From contig CAWGFE010000002.1 in NCBI GenBank assembly GCA_963821875.1, forward strand, positions 739,643 to 803,642: DNA of 64,000 nt, given 5' to 3'. The notes beneath the pieces were generated by a model. That model was not told the origin of the DNA. It searched no databases and saw only the letters and a list, made by a program, of their open reading frames with translations. Origin of the DNA: an uncultured Alphaproteobacteria bacterium. Lineage in GTDB: Bacteria; Pseudomonadota; Alphaproteobacteria; CAVTAV01. The position numbers and the translations under genes were made by a program. The number at the start of each line of letters is the position of its first letter. Position 1 is the stretch's first letter. Positions 9,673 to 19,502 of this stretch are shown here, one piece after another.

Positions 9673-10598
9673 TGACCGACACAATGACGCTTGAACGGGG
9701 TGACAGCAAAAACGGAACGAAGCCTATGATCAAGACGATCGGAATCATCGGCGCCGGGCAAATGGGGAACGGCATCGCGCATGTCTGTGCCCTGGCTGGT
9801 TTCAAGGTCATTCTGTACGACATCGAACCCGAGGCCGTGAACAACGCGATCGAGCGGATCGACCACAATATGGAGCGGCAGGTCTCGCGCGGGATGATCC
9901 AGGAGGCCGATCACAAGGCGGCGATGGATCTGATCAGCGGCGGCGACAGCATGGAAGCCTTCGCCGACGCCGATCTCGTCGTCGAGGCCGCGGTCGAGAA
10001 CGAAGAGGTCAAGCGGCGGATCTTCCGGGAGCTCTGCCCGCATCTCAAACCCTCGGCGATCGTCGCGTCGAATACCTCTTCGATTTCCATCACTCGTCTC
10101 GCATCCACGACCGACCGGCCCGAAAAATTCATCGGCATGCATTTCATGAATCCGGTGCCGCTGATGCAGCTGGTGGAACTGATCCGCGGCATCGCAACGG
10201 GCGAGGACACCTTCAAGGTCATTCGCGAGGTCGTGATCAAGCTCGGCAAGACACCGGCCAACGCCGAAGACTTCCCGGCCTTTATCGTCAACCGCATCCT
10301 GCTGCCGATGATCAACGAAGCGATCTACACGCTCTATGAGGGCGTCGGCACGGTCGAGGCGATCGACACGGCCATGCGTCTCGGCGCCAATCATCCCATG
10401 GGACCGCTGCAACTCGCGGATTTCATCGGGCTGGACACCTGCCTGTCGGTGATGCAGGTGCTCTATGAGGGGCTCGCCGATTCCAAATACCGGCCCTGCC
10501 CGCTGCTGGTGAAATATGTCGAAGCCGGCTGGATCGGCCGCAAGGTCGGCCGCGGCTTCTACGATTATACGGGCGACGAACCGGTTCCGACGCGCTGA
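9672..10598 (+). CDS. hbd: 3-hydroxybutyryl-CoA dehydrogenase (3-hydroxyacyl-CoA dehydrogenase family)
   Basis: IGIIGAGQMGNGIAHVCALAGF NAD-binding motif plus 3HCDH C-domain. The ATG at 9672 overlaps the etfA stop (TAATG); an alternative start is at 9726 (MIKTIGIIGAG). Confidence 0.85.
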   Translation: MTDTMTLERGDSKNGTKPMIKTIGIIGAGQMGNGIAHVCALAGFKVILYDIEPEAVNNAIERIDHNMERQVSRGMIQEADHKAAMDLISGGDSMEAFADADLVVEAAVENEEVKRRIFRELCPHLKPSAIVASNTSSISITRLASTTDRPEKFIGMHFMNPVPLMQLVELIRGIATGEDTFKVIREVVIKLGKTPANAEDFPAFIVNRILLPMINEAIYTLYEGVGTVEAIDTAMRLGANHPMGPLQLADFIGLDTCLSVMQVLYEGLADSKYRPCPLLVKYVEAGWIGRKVGRGFYDYTGDEPVPTR

Positions 10599-10656
10599 TC
10601 AGCGGGTTCTAACATCATTTGTTCGCGAACGTTGGACGACGTCGCGGACCGTCCCT

Positions 10657-11220
10657 CTAGCTGACGGTGGGCGTGGCCGCCGCTGCTTCGGGCGTCCGGT
10701 AAACGTCTAACGTATCGATCGGCGGCCGCGCCAAAAGCCCGTCAACATAAGTTGCGAACCCCGGCAAAAAGTAGTTCCGCCGCTGCCGCCAGTACCGCTG
10801 CAGTCCGGGCAGATCCTTCACCGCCATGATTGGCACCGTCATGGCCTCGCGAAGATCGGTGTCGATCGTCCGCTCGGTCGCGAGAAAATAGCTGTTCTGA
10901 AAAGCCAGCATCAGGGCGTGGGTCAGGACGATGAACTGGAATTCCTCCTCTTTCGCGAGGGGCTCGTCCGACGTCATGGCCTTTATATAAAGGTCGCTGG
11001 CCTGTTGGTTCGCGCCAAGCTCCAGATACCAGCTCTGCACGGCGACATTCGCGGCATTGCCGGAGCCCGACCGGACGGCGATCGAATTACTTTTGACCTG
11101 AATGGCGACGTAAACGAGCGAAACGATGACGGCGACCGCACCGACGATCTGGGCGATGCTCGCCAGATCCGTGAGAGTAAATTGCATAACGGCCCCCTGC
11201 CGAAGTGGTGACGCGGTCAC
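10657..11220 (-). CDS. hypothetical membrane-anchored protein
   Basis: Single N-terminal TM helix (LASIAQIVGAVAVIVSLVYVAIQV) followed by a soluble domain with no recognisable motifs. The start may be the internal MQFTLTDL. Confidence 0.45.
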   Translation of the reverse strand: MTASPLRQGAVMQFTLTDLASIAQIVGAVAVIVSLVYVAIQVKSNSIAVRSGSGNAANVAVQSWYLELGANQQASDLYIKAMTSDEPLAKEEEFQFIVLTHALMLAFQNSYFLATERTIDTDLREAMTVPIMAVKDLPGLQRYWRQRRNYFLPGFATYVDGLLARPPIDTLDVYRTPEAAAATPTVS

Positions 11221-11299
11221 AAGTTATCACAGCAAAGGCCGTGCGCTGGCTATGCTGATGATACCCGGCCAAACATGAGTGACGCTGCTGGAGCGGTTG

Positions 11300-11899
11300 T
11301 CAGCCCTTGGCGATAATTTTTTTCAGCTGGGCGACCGCGCTGGGCTCGTCCCATTTCGTACCACCGACATGACGGCCGATCACGCTTGAATCGGGGTCGA
11401 TCAACACCGTGGTCGGCAGCGCGTTGGCGCCGAGCGCAATCGAGAGGTCCAGCGAGGGATCGGTATAGGAATCGAGTGACGTAAGCCCGTTCTGCGCGAG
11501 ATATTTGGCCGCGATGGCCGGGCTCTTGTCGACCGAGATCGTGATCACCTTGAGTTGATTGCCGGAGAATTTCGATTTCAGCGCCGCAAGCGACGGCAGT
11601 TCCAGCTTGCAGGGCGCGCACCAGGTTGCCCAGAAATTCACCAGAACATAGCTGCCCTTGTAGTCGGTCAGCCTGTGCGTGCCGCCGGCATCGTCCGTGA
11701 ACGTCTTGTCCGGCACTGGTTTCGGCTGCTGGGAAACGATAATATCCGAGGCGGCCGCGGCGGGCGACTCTTGTGGCGGGACCGCAGATGGCGTATTGCC
11801 TGCCAACCATTGAAAGGCGCTGTATCCGAGGACGGCGAGCGCGATCACGATCAGCAGACCGAACAGCGCGGCGCCATAATTGATTTTTCGTGCGGCCAT
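11300..11899 (-). CDS. tlpA: TlpA/ResA-family periplasmic thiol:disulfide oxidoreductase (thioredoxin fold)
   Basis: N-terminal membrane anchor followed by a thioredoxin domain with the WCAPC active site (YVLVNFWATWCAPCKLELP). Confidence 0.75.
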   Translation of the reverse strand: MAARKINYGAALFGLLIVIALAVLGYSAFQWLAGNTPSAVPPQESPAAAASDIIVSQQPKPVPDKTFTDDAGGTHRLTDYKGSYVLVNFWATWCAPCKLELPSLAALKSKFSGNQLKVITISVDKSPAIAAKYLAQNGLTSLDSYTDPSLDLSIALGANALPTTVLIDPDSSVIGRHVGGTKWDEPSAVAQLKKIIAKG

Positions 11900-11966
11900 G
11901 TGCTCTCGACCTGGTTCGTGACCTGTGCTGCAGGATCCTGACGTTGGACCTTAGTGGACCCTGGCG

Positions 11967-13436
11967 ATGACTCAACAAATCCGCAAAGGCGGTGCTTCTT
12001 CCGATAATGCCACCCCCGCGCAAGCCTCACAAGGAAGCGCGGGTGCGACGGATGGCGCGGCCAATTCCATGTGGGGCGGCCGCTTCGCCGCCGGGCCTGC
12101 CGAGATCATGGAAAAGATCAACGCGTCGATCAGCTTCGATATCCGGCTGTTCGCCCAGGATATCCGGGCGTCGAAGGCCCATGCCGCCATGCTGACGGAG
12201 CAGGGAATCATCCCGGACGAGGACGGTGCGGCGATTCAGCACGGTCTCGATCAGGTCCTCGGCGAGATCGAGGCGGGCAAGATGGCGATCGATCCCGCCC
12301 TCGAAGACATTCACATGCATGTCGAGGCACGGCTCGCCGAAATCGTCGGCCCGTCCGCCGGACGGCTGCATACGGCGCGGTCGCGCAACGATCAGGTCGC
12401 GACCGATTTCCGGATGTGGGTGCGCGACGCGATCGACGGCCTGGATGCGGCGTTGAAGGATCTACTCGCAGCCCTTCTCGATCAGGCGGACGCCCATGCC
12501 GGGACGATCATGCCGGGCTTTACGCATTTGCAGGCCGCCCAGCCGGTGACTTTCGGTCATCATCTGATGGCCTATGCCGAGATGATCTCGCGGGACCGTG
12601 GCCGGTTGCGCGACTGCCGGAAGCGGCTGAACGAAAGCCCGCTCGGCGCGGCGGCGCTCGCCGGCACGTCTTTCCCGATCGACCGGAACAAGACCGCTGC
12701 AGCGCTCGGCTTCGATGCGCCGATGCGCAATTCGATCGATGCGGTGTCGGATAGGGATTTCGCGCTTGAATTCCTGAGCGTCGCCTCGATCGCCGCGATG
12801 CATCTCTCGCGGCTCGCCGAGGAGATCGTGATCTGGTCGAGCGCGCAATTCGCCTTCGTCCGGCTGTCAGACTCCTTCTCGACCGGATCGTCCATCATGC
12901 CGCAGAAGCGCAATCCGGATGCTGCCGAGCTGACCCGCGCCAAGGCGGGCCGGATCTTCGGCGCGCTGCACACGCTGCTGGTGGTGATGAAGGGTCTGCC
13001 GCTCGCCTATTCGAAGGACATGCAGGAGGACAAGGAACCGGTGTTCGACGCCGCCGAGTCCATCGGCCTGTGCGTTGCCGCCATGACCGGCATGATCGCC
13101 GATCTCAAGGTCGACAAGGCGCGAATGGAGAAGGCCGCGGCGGCGGGCTACACCACGGCGACCGATCTCGCCGACTGGCTGGTGCGCACGCTCGGCATGC
13201 CGTTCCGCCAGGCCCATCACGTGACGGGTCGGATCGTTGCGCTGGCCGAAAGCAAGGGTGTCGGAATCGAGGAACTGTCGCTCGACGATATGCAGTCGGT
13301 CGAGCGGTTGATCCGCAAGGACGTGTTCGATGTGCTGGGCGTGGCCAATTCCGTCACCAGCCGGACGAGCCTCGGGGGCACGGCGCCGGAGAGGGTGCGC
13401 GAGGCGGTCGCGCGGGCCCGCAGCGAGTTGGAATAG
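11967..13436 (+). CDS. argH: argininosuccinate lyase
   Basis: [24 protein letters not shown]..., fumarate-lyase signature [12 protein letters not shown]. The true start may be the internal MWGGRF at about 12069. Confidence 0.9.
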   Translation: MTQQIRKGGASSDNATPAQASQGSAGATDGAANSMWGGRFAAGPAEIMEKINASISFDIRLFAQDIRASKAHAAMLTEQGIIPDEDGAAIQHGLDQVLGEIEAGKMAIDPALEDIHMHVEARLAEIVGPSAGRLHTARSRNDQVATDFRMWVRDAIDGLDAALKDLLAALLDQADAHAGTIMPGFTHLQAAQPVTFGHHLMAYAEMISRDRGRLRDCRKRLNESPLGAAALAGTSFPIDRNKTAAALGFDAPMRNSIDAVSDRDFALEFLSVASIAAMHLSRLAEEIVIWSSAQFAFVRLSDSFSTGSSIMPQKRNPDAAELTRAKAGRIFGALHTLLVVMKGLPLAYSKDMQEDKEPVFDAAESIGLCVAAMTGMIADLKVDKARMEKAAAAGYTTATDLADWLVRTLGMPFRQAHHVTGRIVALAESKGVGIEELSLDDMQSVERLIRKDVFDVLGVANSVTSRTSLGGTAPERVREAVARARSELE

Positions 13437-13439
13437 ATC

Positions 13440-13589
13440 ATGAAGCGTGTGATTGCGATCTTTCTGTTGACCATGATGGCGGCCACGACGCTGGCTGCCT
13501 GCGGCAAGAAAGGCCCGCTCGAATTGCCGAACGGCCGCACCGCCAATCCCGGGCAGCAAAAGAAGGGCGAGAATCAGTCCGGCTTCTAG
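13440..13589 (+). CDS. small lipoprotein, LptM(YifL)-like, 49 aa (absent from the supplied ORF track)
   Basis: MKRVIAIFLLTMMAATTLAACGKKGPLELPNGRTANPGQQKKGENQSGF has a lipobox LAAC followed by the GKKGPLELP motif of LptM-family lipoproteins. Sits in the conserved position between argH and lysA. Confidence 0.55.
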   Translation: MKRVIAIFLLTMMAATTLAACGKKGPLELPNGRTANPGQQKKGENQSGF

Positions 13590-13626
13590 CGGCCAGTCTG
13601 AGCAACTGAGTTCATAAGGCGGATCG

Positions 13627-14937
13627 ATGGATCATTTCGAATATCGCGGCGGCCGGCTGTTTGCCGAGGACGTGCCTCTGGAGGAGATCGCGCGTGCGGT
13701 CGGCACGCCCTTCTATTGCTATTCCACCGCCACGCTCGAGCGGCATTACCGCGTCTTCGCCGGCGCGTTCGCCGACAACAATGTCGACGCCATGGTCTGC
13801 TATTCCATCAAGGCCAATGGCAATCTCGGCGTGGTCGCGACGCTCGCCCGGCTCGGCTGCGGCGCGGACGTCGTCTCGGGCGGCGAGTTGAAGCGGGCGA
13901 TGCTGGCCGGAATTCCGGCCGAGCGGATCGTCTTCTCGGGCGTCGGCAAGACACGCGAGGAAATGGCGGCTGCGCTCGAGGCCGGTATCCATCAGTTCAA
14001 TGTCGAATCCGAGGCGGAGCTTGTCGCGCTCGATGAGGTTGCGCGCTCGCGCAACACCGTCGCGCCGATCACGCTGCGGGTGAACCCGGATGTCGACGCC
14101 AGGACTCACGCCAAGATCTCCACGGGTCTCAAGGAAAACAAATTCGGCATCCCCTGGGATTGGGCCCGGGACATCTATCGCCGCGCCGGGGCCATGGCCG
14201 GCATCCGGATCGTCGGCATCGACGTTCATATCGGCTCGCAGCTCACCGAATTGTCGCCTTTCGAGGATGCGTTCCAGCGGGTCACCGAACTGGTGCATCA
14301 ATTGCGCGAGGACGGCCACACGATCGAACGGCTCGATCTTGGCGGCGGTCTCGGCATTCCTTATTCCGCCGAACTGCCGCCCTCGCCCGCCGACTACGCC
14401 AAGATGATCGCGCGGATGGCGAACCGGATGGTCGGCTGCCAGATCATTCTGGAGCCGGGCCGGCTGATCGCCGGCAATGCGGGCGTTCTGGTCTCGCGGG
14501 TCGTCTACATAAAGGATTCGGAGCATCGCACCTTCGCGATCCTCGACGCGGCGATGAACGACCTCATGCGTCCGGCCCTTTATGACGCCGTCCACCGGAT
14601 CGAGCCATTGAATGAAGCCCCGGCCGGTGCCACTCTTAAACATTATGACGTCGTTGGCCCGGTCTGCGAGACCACGGACACCTTCGCCCGCGCCCGCGAG
14701 CTGCCTGAGCTTCGTCAGGGCGATTATGTCGCGATTCGCTCGGCTGGGGCCTATGGGGCCGTGCTCTCCTCGACCTATAACGCGCGCCCGTTGGTCCCCG
14801 AGGTCCTTGTGCGCGGCGACCGGTATGATCAGGTGCGCCGGCGCCAGAGTTTTGAGGAAATGATCGAACTCGAATCCATACCGTCCTGGCTCGACCAAAG
14901 CGATGTCGGCGGTCGCCGAAAGAGGCAGGCGGGGTGA
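13627..14937 (+). CDS. lysA: diaminopimelate decarboxylase
   Basis: PFYCYSTATLERHYRVFAGAF, YSIKANGNLGVVATLARLGCGADVVSGGEL, EPGRLIAGNAGVL: PLP-dependent ornithine/DAP decarboxylase fold. Confidence 0.9.
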   Translation: MDHFEYRGGRLFAEDVPLEEIARAVGTPFYCYSTATLERHYRVFAGAFADNNVDAMVCYSIKANGNLGVVATLARLGCGADVVSGGELKRAMLAGIPAERIVFSGVGKTREEMAAALEAGIHQFNVESEAELVALDEVARSRNTVAPITLRVNPDVDARTHAKISTGLKENKFGIPWDWARDIYRRAGAMAGIRIVGIDVHIGSQLTELSPFEDAFQRVTELVHQLREDGHTIERLDLGGGLGIPYSAELPPSPADYAKMIARMANRMVGCQIILEPGRLIAGNAGVLVSRVVYIKDSEHRTFAILDAAMNDLMRPALYDAVHRIEPLNEAPAGATLKHYDVVGPVCETTDTFARARELPELRQGDYVAIRSAGAYGAVLSSTYNARPLVPEVLVRGDRYDQVRRRQSFEEMIELESIPSWLDQSDVGGRRKRQAG

Positions 14938-17459
14938 CCGACCGGAGGCCGCCGCGCTCGCCCGAGTCCGCGGAAGCGTTTGCGCGGCGCGATACCAGTG
15001 CGTTGTCTCCCGATCTCGAACGCCGCATAACGGTCACCCGCGCGGCTCTGCTGTGGGAAAATTTCGTCGGCGCCTTCTGGCCGGTCGTGGTCTATATCGG
15101 CGTGTTCGTCGCCGTTTCCCTGCTCGATTTCTGGCACGAAATGCCGGGCCTCCTGCATACCGGATTGTTCTGGTTCGCGGTGGCCGGCCTGCTGTTCTTT
15201 CTGCAACGGGCGGTGGCGCGGTTTTCCGTGCCGGACCGGGACGCGGCGATCGAGCGCCTTGAGGCCGGCAATCAGCTTGGTCACCATCCGATCGCGGCGC
15301 TTGACGATGTGATGGCCGAAGCGCCGGTTGCCGAAGAATCGGGAACGGCGAGTCGCTCCTTGTGGCGCGAACATATCCGCCGGGCGCGCGCCCGGATCGG
15401 CAAGCCGAGGGTCGGCTGGCCCTCGCCGGGATTGGCCCGGCGCGATCCCCGTGCGCTTCGCGCCGCCGCGCTGTTGCTCGTCGTGGTCGGATTCGCCGCC
15501 GCCGGGTCGGACTGGTCGGCGCGCCTGTTCAGCGGAATCGTCCCGAGTCTCGGTCTCGGCAGTTCGGGCCCGGTCTCGCTCGATGCCTGGATTGCGCCGC
15601 CGTCCTATACCGGCAAGGCCCCGATCTTTCTGCACTCCGGCGATATTACCGGTCACGAATCCGCCGCCCCAACCAAAACCTTGCATGTGCCGGTCGGCAG
15701 CAAGGTCCTCGCCCGGCGCTCCGGCGGCGGCGCCGACGTCCTGATCGACGGCAAGACGCACGACTTCCGGCCGGCCGGCGACAAGACCGAAGAGATCGCC
15801 TATCCGGTCGAAAAGAACGAGAGGCTGGCGATCAAAAGCCACGGCAAGACGATCGGCGCGTGGAATCTGGAGGTAATCCCGGACAATCCACCGGCGGCGT
15901 CCTTTATGGCCAAGCCAAAGCCAACGGTGGGCTATGCGCTGCATATTCAGTTCGGCGCGGCGGATGATTACGGGGTCGAATCGGTCAAGATGGCCCTGAG
16001 GCGGCCGAGCGACAAGGACGAAGTTCTTTATGTCGAGCTGCCGGCCGCACGCGGGCAGACCAGCATCTCAGGCGATCACTATCAGGATCTCACCTATAAC
16101 CCCTGGGCGGGCGAAAAGGTGATCGGCACGATCGAGGCGCGCGACGCGCTGGGTCAGGTCGGCGTCAGCGAGCCCGTGAAATTCGTCCTGCCCGAACGCA
16201 AATTCACCAATCCGGTGGCGAAAAAGCTGGTCGCGATGCGCAAGCACCTTGGCGACCATCCGAAGGATCGCGCCAGCGTCAAGGCCGGTCTCGCCCAGCT
16301 CATGGACAAGCCCGAGGCTTTCAATAACGACGTGACGACCGCGCTGGCCCTCGGTGATGCCTACTGGCGGCTTCAATACGACAAGAGCGACCAGGCGATC
16401 GACGCGGTGCGCGATACCCTCTGGAAAACGGCCGTCCATATCGAGAACGACGACGTCACCCGCGCCCGCAGCAATGTCCGATCGCTGACCGAGCAATTGC
16501 AGAAGGCGTTGGCCGAGGGTGCGTCCCAGCAGAAGATCGACCGGCTCATGAACGAGCTTCGGGCGGCGCTGGAGAAATATCTCAAGGCCATGCAGGCCCA
16601 GGCGCAAAAGAAGAACGGTAACACGTCACAGCAGGCCGGGCAGCAGGCGCAAGGACCCGGTCAGCGGGTGACGGCGGATCAGTTGCGCAAGATGCTGGAT
16701 CAGGCCCGCTCGATGAGCCAGACCGGCGCGCGCCAAGCGGCCTCGCAGCTGCTCTCGCAGATGCAGTCGATTCTGGAAAATCTCAGCGCCAAGCCGATGA
16801 ACGCTGCACGGGATCCCGGTCAGAAGGCGATGCAGTCGGCGATCTCGAATCTCGACAAGCTGGCGCGCGGCCAGCAGTCGCTGATGGACGAAACGTTCCA
16901 GAAGAGCGGCAAGAACGGCCGCAACGGACGGCAGGGCGAACGCGGCCGCGGTCAGTCCGGCGAGAAAGGGCAGGGCCGCCACGGCTCCAAGGGCAAGGGT
17001 GATTCCGGCTCGCTTTCCGGCCTGGCCGGCCGGCAGGGCGGGCTGCAGAAAGAGCTGCAGACAATTCTCCAAAGCCTCGGTGGCAAGGGCGTCAAGACGC
17101 CCGAAAGCCTGTCTCAGGCCGGATCTTCCATGGGTCAGGCCGAGTCGGCCTTGCGCCATTCCGACAGCGATGACGCCCTCGACAATCAGGGACAGGCGTT
17201 GCAGGCTCTCCGCAACGGCATCGGCGAACTCGTGAACAACGCCAATAAGCAGATGGGGCAGAAAGGCCAACAGGCCGGCAGTCAGGGCAACCGGCCGGGC
17301 AACAAAGGCGGCTTCGCGACCGATCATATCGATCTGCCCTCCGGCTCCGATGTCCAGCGCTCGCGGGAGATCCTGCAGGAATTGCGCAAGCGGTCCGGCG
17401 AATGGCAGCGCCCGCGCGAGGAGCGCGACTACATCAATCGCCTTCTCGACGTTTTCTGA
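14934..17459 (+). CDS. DUF4175/TIGR02302-family alphaproteobacterial protein with N-terminal TM helices and a low-complexity Gln/Gly/Lys-rich C-terminal region
   Basis: 841 aa. The GTG start overlaps the lysA stop (GTGA). Two N-terminal TM segments, then a long low-complexity and coiled-coil tail (QAQKKNGNTSQQAGQQAQGPGQ..., GRNGRQGERGRGQSGEKGQGRHGSKGKGDSG). Confidence 0.65.
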   Translation: MTDRRPPRSPESAEAFARRDTSALSPDLERRITVTRAALLWENFVGAFWPVVVYIGVFVAVSLLDFWHEMPGLLHTGLFWFAVAGLLFFLQRAVARFSVPDRDAAIERLEAGNQLGHHPIAALDDVMAEAPVAEESGTASRSLWREHIRRARARIGKPRVGWPSPGLARRDPRALRAAALLLVVVGFAAAGSDWSARLFSGIVPSLGLGSSGPVSLDAWIAPPSYTGKAPIFLHSGDITGHESAAPTKTLHVPVGSKVLARRSGGGADVLIDGKTHDFRPAGDKTEEIAYPVEKNERLAIKSHGKTIGAWNLEVIPDNPPAASFMAKPKPTVGYALHIQFGAADDYGVESVKMALRRPSDKDEVLYVELPAARGQTSISGDHYQDLTYNPWAGEKVIGTIEARDALGQVGVSEPVKFVLPERKFTNPVAKKLVAMRKHLGDHPKDRASVKAGLAQLMDKPEAFNNDVTTALALGDAYWRLQYDKSDQAIDAVRDTLWKTAVHIENDDVTRARSNVRSLTEQLQKALAEGASQQKIDRLMNELRAALEKYLKAMQAQAQKKNGNTSQQAGQQAQGPGQRVTADQLRKMLDQARSMSQTGARQAASQLLSQMQSILENLSAKPMNAARDPGQKAMQSAISNLDKLARGQQSLMDETFQKSGKNGRNGRQGERGRGQSGEKGQGRHGSKGKGDSGSLSGLAGRQGGLQKELQTILQSLGGKGVKTPESLSQAGSSMGQAESALRHSDSDDALDNQGQALQALRNGIGELVNNANKQMGQKGQQAGSQGNRPGNKGGFATDHIDLPSGSDVQRSREILQELRKRSGEWQRPREERDYINRLLDVF

Positions 17460-17497
17460 ACGTCACACATTGAACCGATTGGTATCGGAAGCCGGGC

Positions 17498-18448
17498 TTA
17501 TTGCTGGGTGGAAACCGTATCGACTTCAAGGTAGCGCGCGTCCGCCGGTGGACTGGCGATCTTGATCGAGAAGGTCATTGTTTCGCCGGGCTGCAGGACC
17601 CGCTCCGGCAATTTATGAACCGTCTCGCTGAGCACCTTGTGATCGTCCCCGCTGAGCCGGGTGCGGACCTCCGGCACGGCAGCGGCGACCGTTCCCGAAT
17701 TGACCACCGTGCCGTTTACGACGCGGTAATCCGTGCCATCGATCGTTTCGGTCGAGGTGGTCACGGATTTGGTCTGGAACTGGGGTTTTACCTTGGCTTG
17801 CGGGGCCGGTTTCGGCGCTTCCGCGGAAGACATCGCCGGTTTCTCGATCGAGAGGCCAAGCGCGTTATAGAGCCGGGCGGCGGCCGGCCAGCCATCCACG
17901 ATCGATTGGCGGAAGAAAATAACGCCGCCGATGACGGCGACGACCAGAATACCGAGCACAGCCCAGCCGACGATCAGACCCGTAGAGGTTTTCTCTTCCT
18001 CGATCGGCTCCCTCTTGATCGCTGGACGGACCGGCGCTTCCTCGTCGCGCTTCGCGGTTATGTCCGGCGCGCTTCCCGGCTCGACCGGCGCTTCGTCCTT
18101 GTCGTCCGTCGATACGTCGATATCCGGCAGGGCCGGCCCCGCCGCATCCTCCGGCTCGGCGGTCTCTTCCGCCGTTTCGTCCGCACCGGCCTCGGGTTCG
18201 GCGGTCCATGGCGGCGTAGCGGCTTCGGCGGCGTCCGCCTGTTCCTCAACCGCCTCGGCGGGCGCCGCTTCCGGCTCGGGAGCCGGTTCGGGCGCGGCGG
18301 CGGTTTCCGCCGCGGTTTCCAGAGGAGTTTCGTCCGGATGACGCCATTTCGTGCCGCATTTTGAGCAGCGCACAGTTCGACCGGTCGCCGGTATGGCGGC
18401 GTCGGGAATCGTAAACCGCGTGGAACAGTTTGGACAGGAAATGATCAT
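17498..18448 (-). CDS. MJ0042-type zinc-ribbon domain protein with Pro/Glu/Ala-rich linker, TM helix and C-terminal DUF3426-like domain
   Basis: MIISCPNCSTRFTIPDAAIPATGRTVRCSKCGTKW has two CxxC pairs, followed by an acidic PEA-rich linker, a TM helix (LIVGWAVLGILVVAVIGGVIFF) and a C-terminal beta-rich domain. Divergent from ftsEX, as is common in alphaproteobacteria. Confidence 0.7.
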   Translation of the reverse strand: MIISCPNCSTRFTIPDAAIPATGRTVRCSKCGTKWRHPDETPLETAAETAAAPEPAPEPEAAPAEAVEEQADAAEAATPPWTAEPEAGADETAEETAEPEDAAGPALPDIDVSTDDKDEAPVEPGSAPDITAKRDEEAPVRPAIKREPIEEEKTSTGLIVGWAVLGILVVAVIGGVIFFRQSIVDGWPAAARLYNALGLSIEKPAMSSAEAPKPAPQAKVKPQFQTKSVTTSTETIDGTDYRVVNGTVVNSGTVAAAVPEVRTRLSGDDHKVLSETVHKLPERVLQPGETMTFSIKIASPPADARYLEVDTVSTQQ

Positions 18449-18679
18449 TCGGAGAGCCTATGATTAACGCCACTCTATAGAGCGATCCAGACCAAGGCAA
18501 GCCTTTCAAATGCCTAGTATTATTCGGTTTGCGAAGATGTCCCGAAATGGGATTTTCGCCGATCATGGTCTAGACGCGAGGGCGCGCCCTATGCGATTCT
18601 TTACGTCTTGGGAGCGGAACCGGCCGGGCCTCGTCGATGCCGGGAGCAAAACCGCGGCCGCAAATGAGGGCCAGACACC

Positions 18680-19489
18680 GTGATACGCTTCGAAAATGTG
18701 GGTGTGCGCTATGGCATGGGCGCCGAGGTTCTGCGCGACATCAATTTCGATCTGGAGCCCGGGTCCTTCCATTTTCTCACCGGGCCGAGCGGCGCCGGCA
18801 AGTCTTCCCTCCTCAAACTGATGTATCTCGCGATCAAGCCGTCGCGCGGCCTCATTTCCATGTTCGAGCGCGACGTGACCAAGGCCGAGCGTAAGGATTT
18901 GCCCGCGCTCCGGCGGCGCATCGGCGTGGTGTTTCAGGATTTCCGCCTGTTGCCGCATCTGACCGCGCTCGAAAATGTCGCGCTGCCGTTGCGGATCGCC
19001 GGCGCGCGGGAGGACCAGATTCGCGAGCACGTGGCAGAGCTTCTCGCCTGGGTCGGTCTCGCCGACCGGATCAATGCCCGGCCGCCGACCTTGTCCGGCG
19101 GCGAGCAGCAGCGGGTCGCCATCGCGCGGGCCGTCATCGCCCGGCCGAGCATCCTTCTGGCCGACGAGCCGACAGGAAACATCGATCCGAAAATGGGCGA
19201 ACGTCTTCTGCACCTCTTTGTCGAACTGAACAAGATCGGCACGACGATCGTGATCGCGACCCATGATTCCGGCCTCGCCGAACGGGTGAACGCGCCATTG
19301 CTGCAGATTGACAACGGCCGGCTCAATCACCTTCCCGCGCCCGCGCCGCATGAGCCAAAATTGCGGGTCGCCTACGGCAAGGGAGAGCGCCGCGCTCCGG
19401 CCCCGGAAAGCGCCAGCCCGGTCGAATCGGAAGAAGATCTGCTCGAAGAAACCGACGCCGGGTCCGGCGACAAGTCTCAACCGGATTGA
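18680..19489 (+). CDS. ftsE: cell division ABC transporter ATP-binding protein FtsE, with an acidic C-terminal extension of about 45 aa
   Basis: GTG start. MIRFENVGVRYGMGAEVLRDINFDLEPGSFHFLTGPSGAGKSSLLKL, LSGGEQQRVAIARA. The tail ...ESASPVESEEDLLEETDAGSGDKSQPD extends beyond the usual FtsE length. Confidence 0.9.
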   Translation: MIRFENVGVRYGMGAEVLRDINFDLEPGSFHFLTGPSGAGKSSLLKLMYLAIKPSRGLISMFERDVTKAERKDLPALRRRIGVVFQDFRLLPHLTALENVALPLRIAGAREDQIREHVAELLAWVGLADRINARPPTLSGGEQQRVAIARAVIARPSILLADEPTGNIDPKMGERLLHLFVELNKIGTTIVIATHDSGLAERVNAPLLQIDNGRLNHLPAPAPHEPKLRVAYGKGERRAPAPESASPVESEEDLLEETDAGSGDKSQPD

Positions 19490-19502
19490 CGGAACGGATG
19501 TC

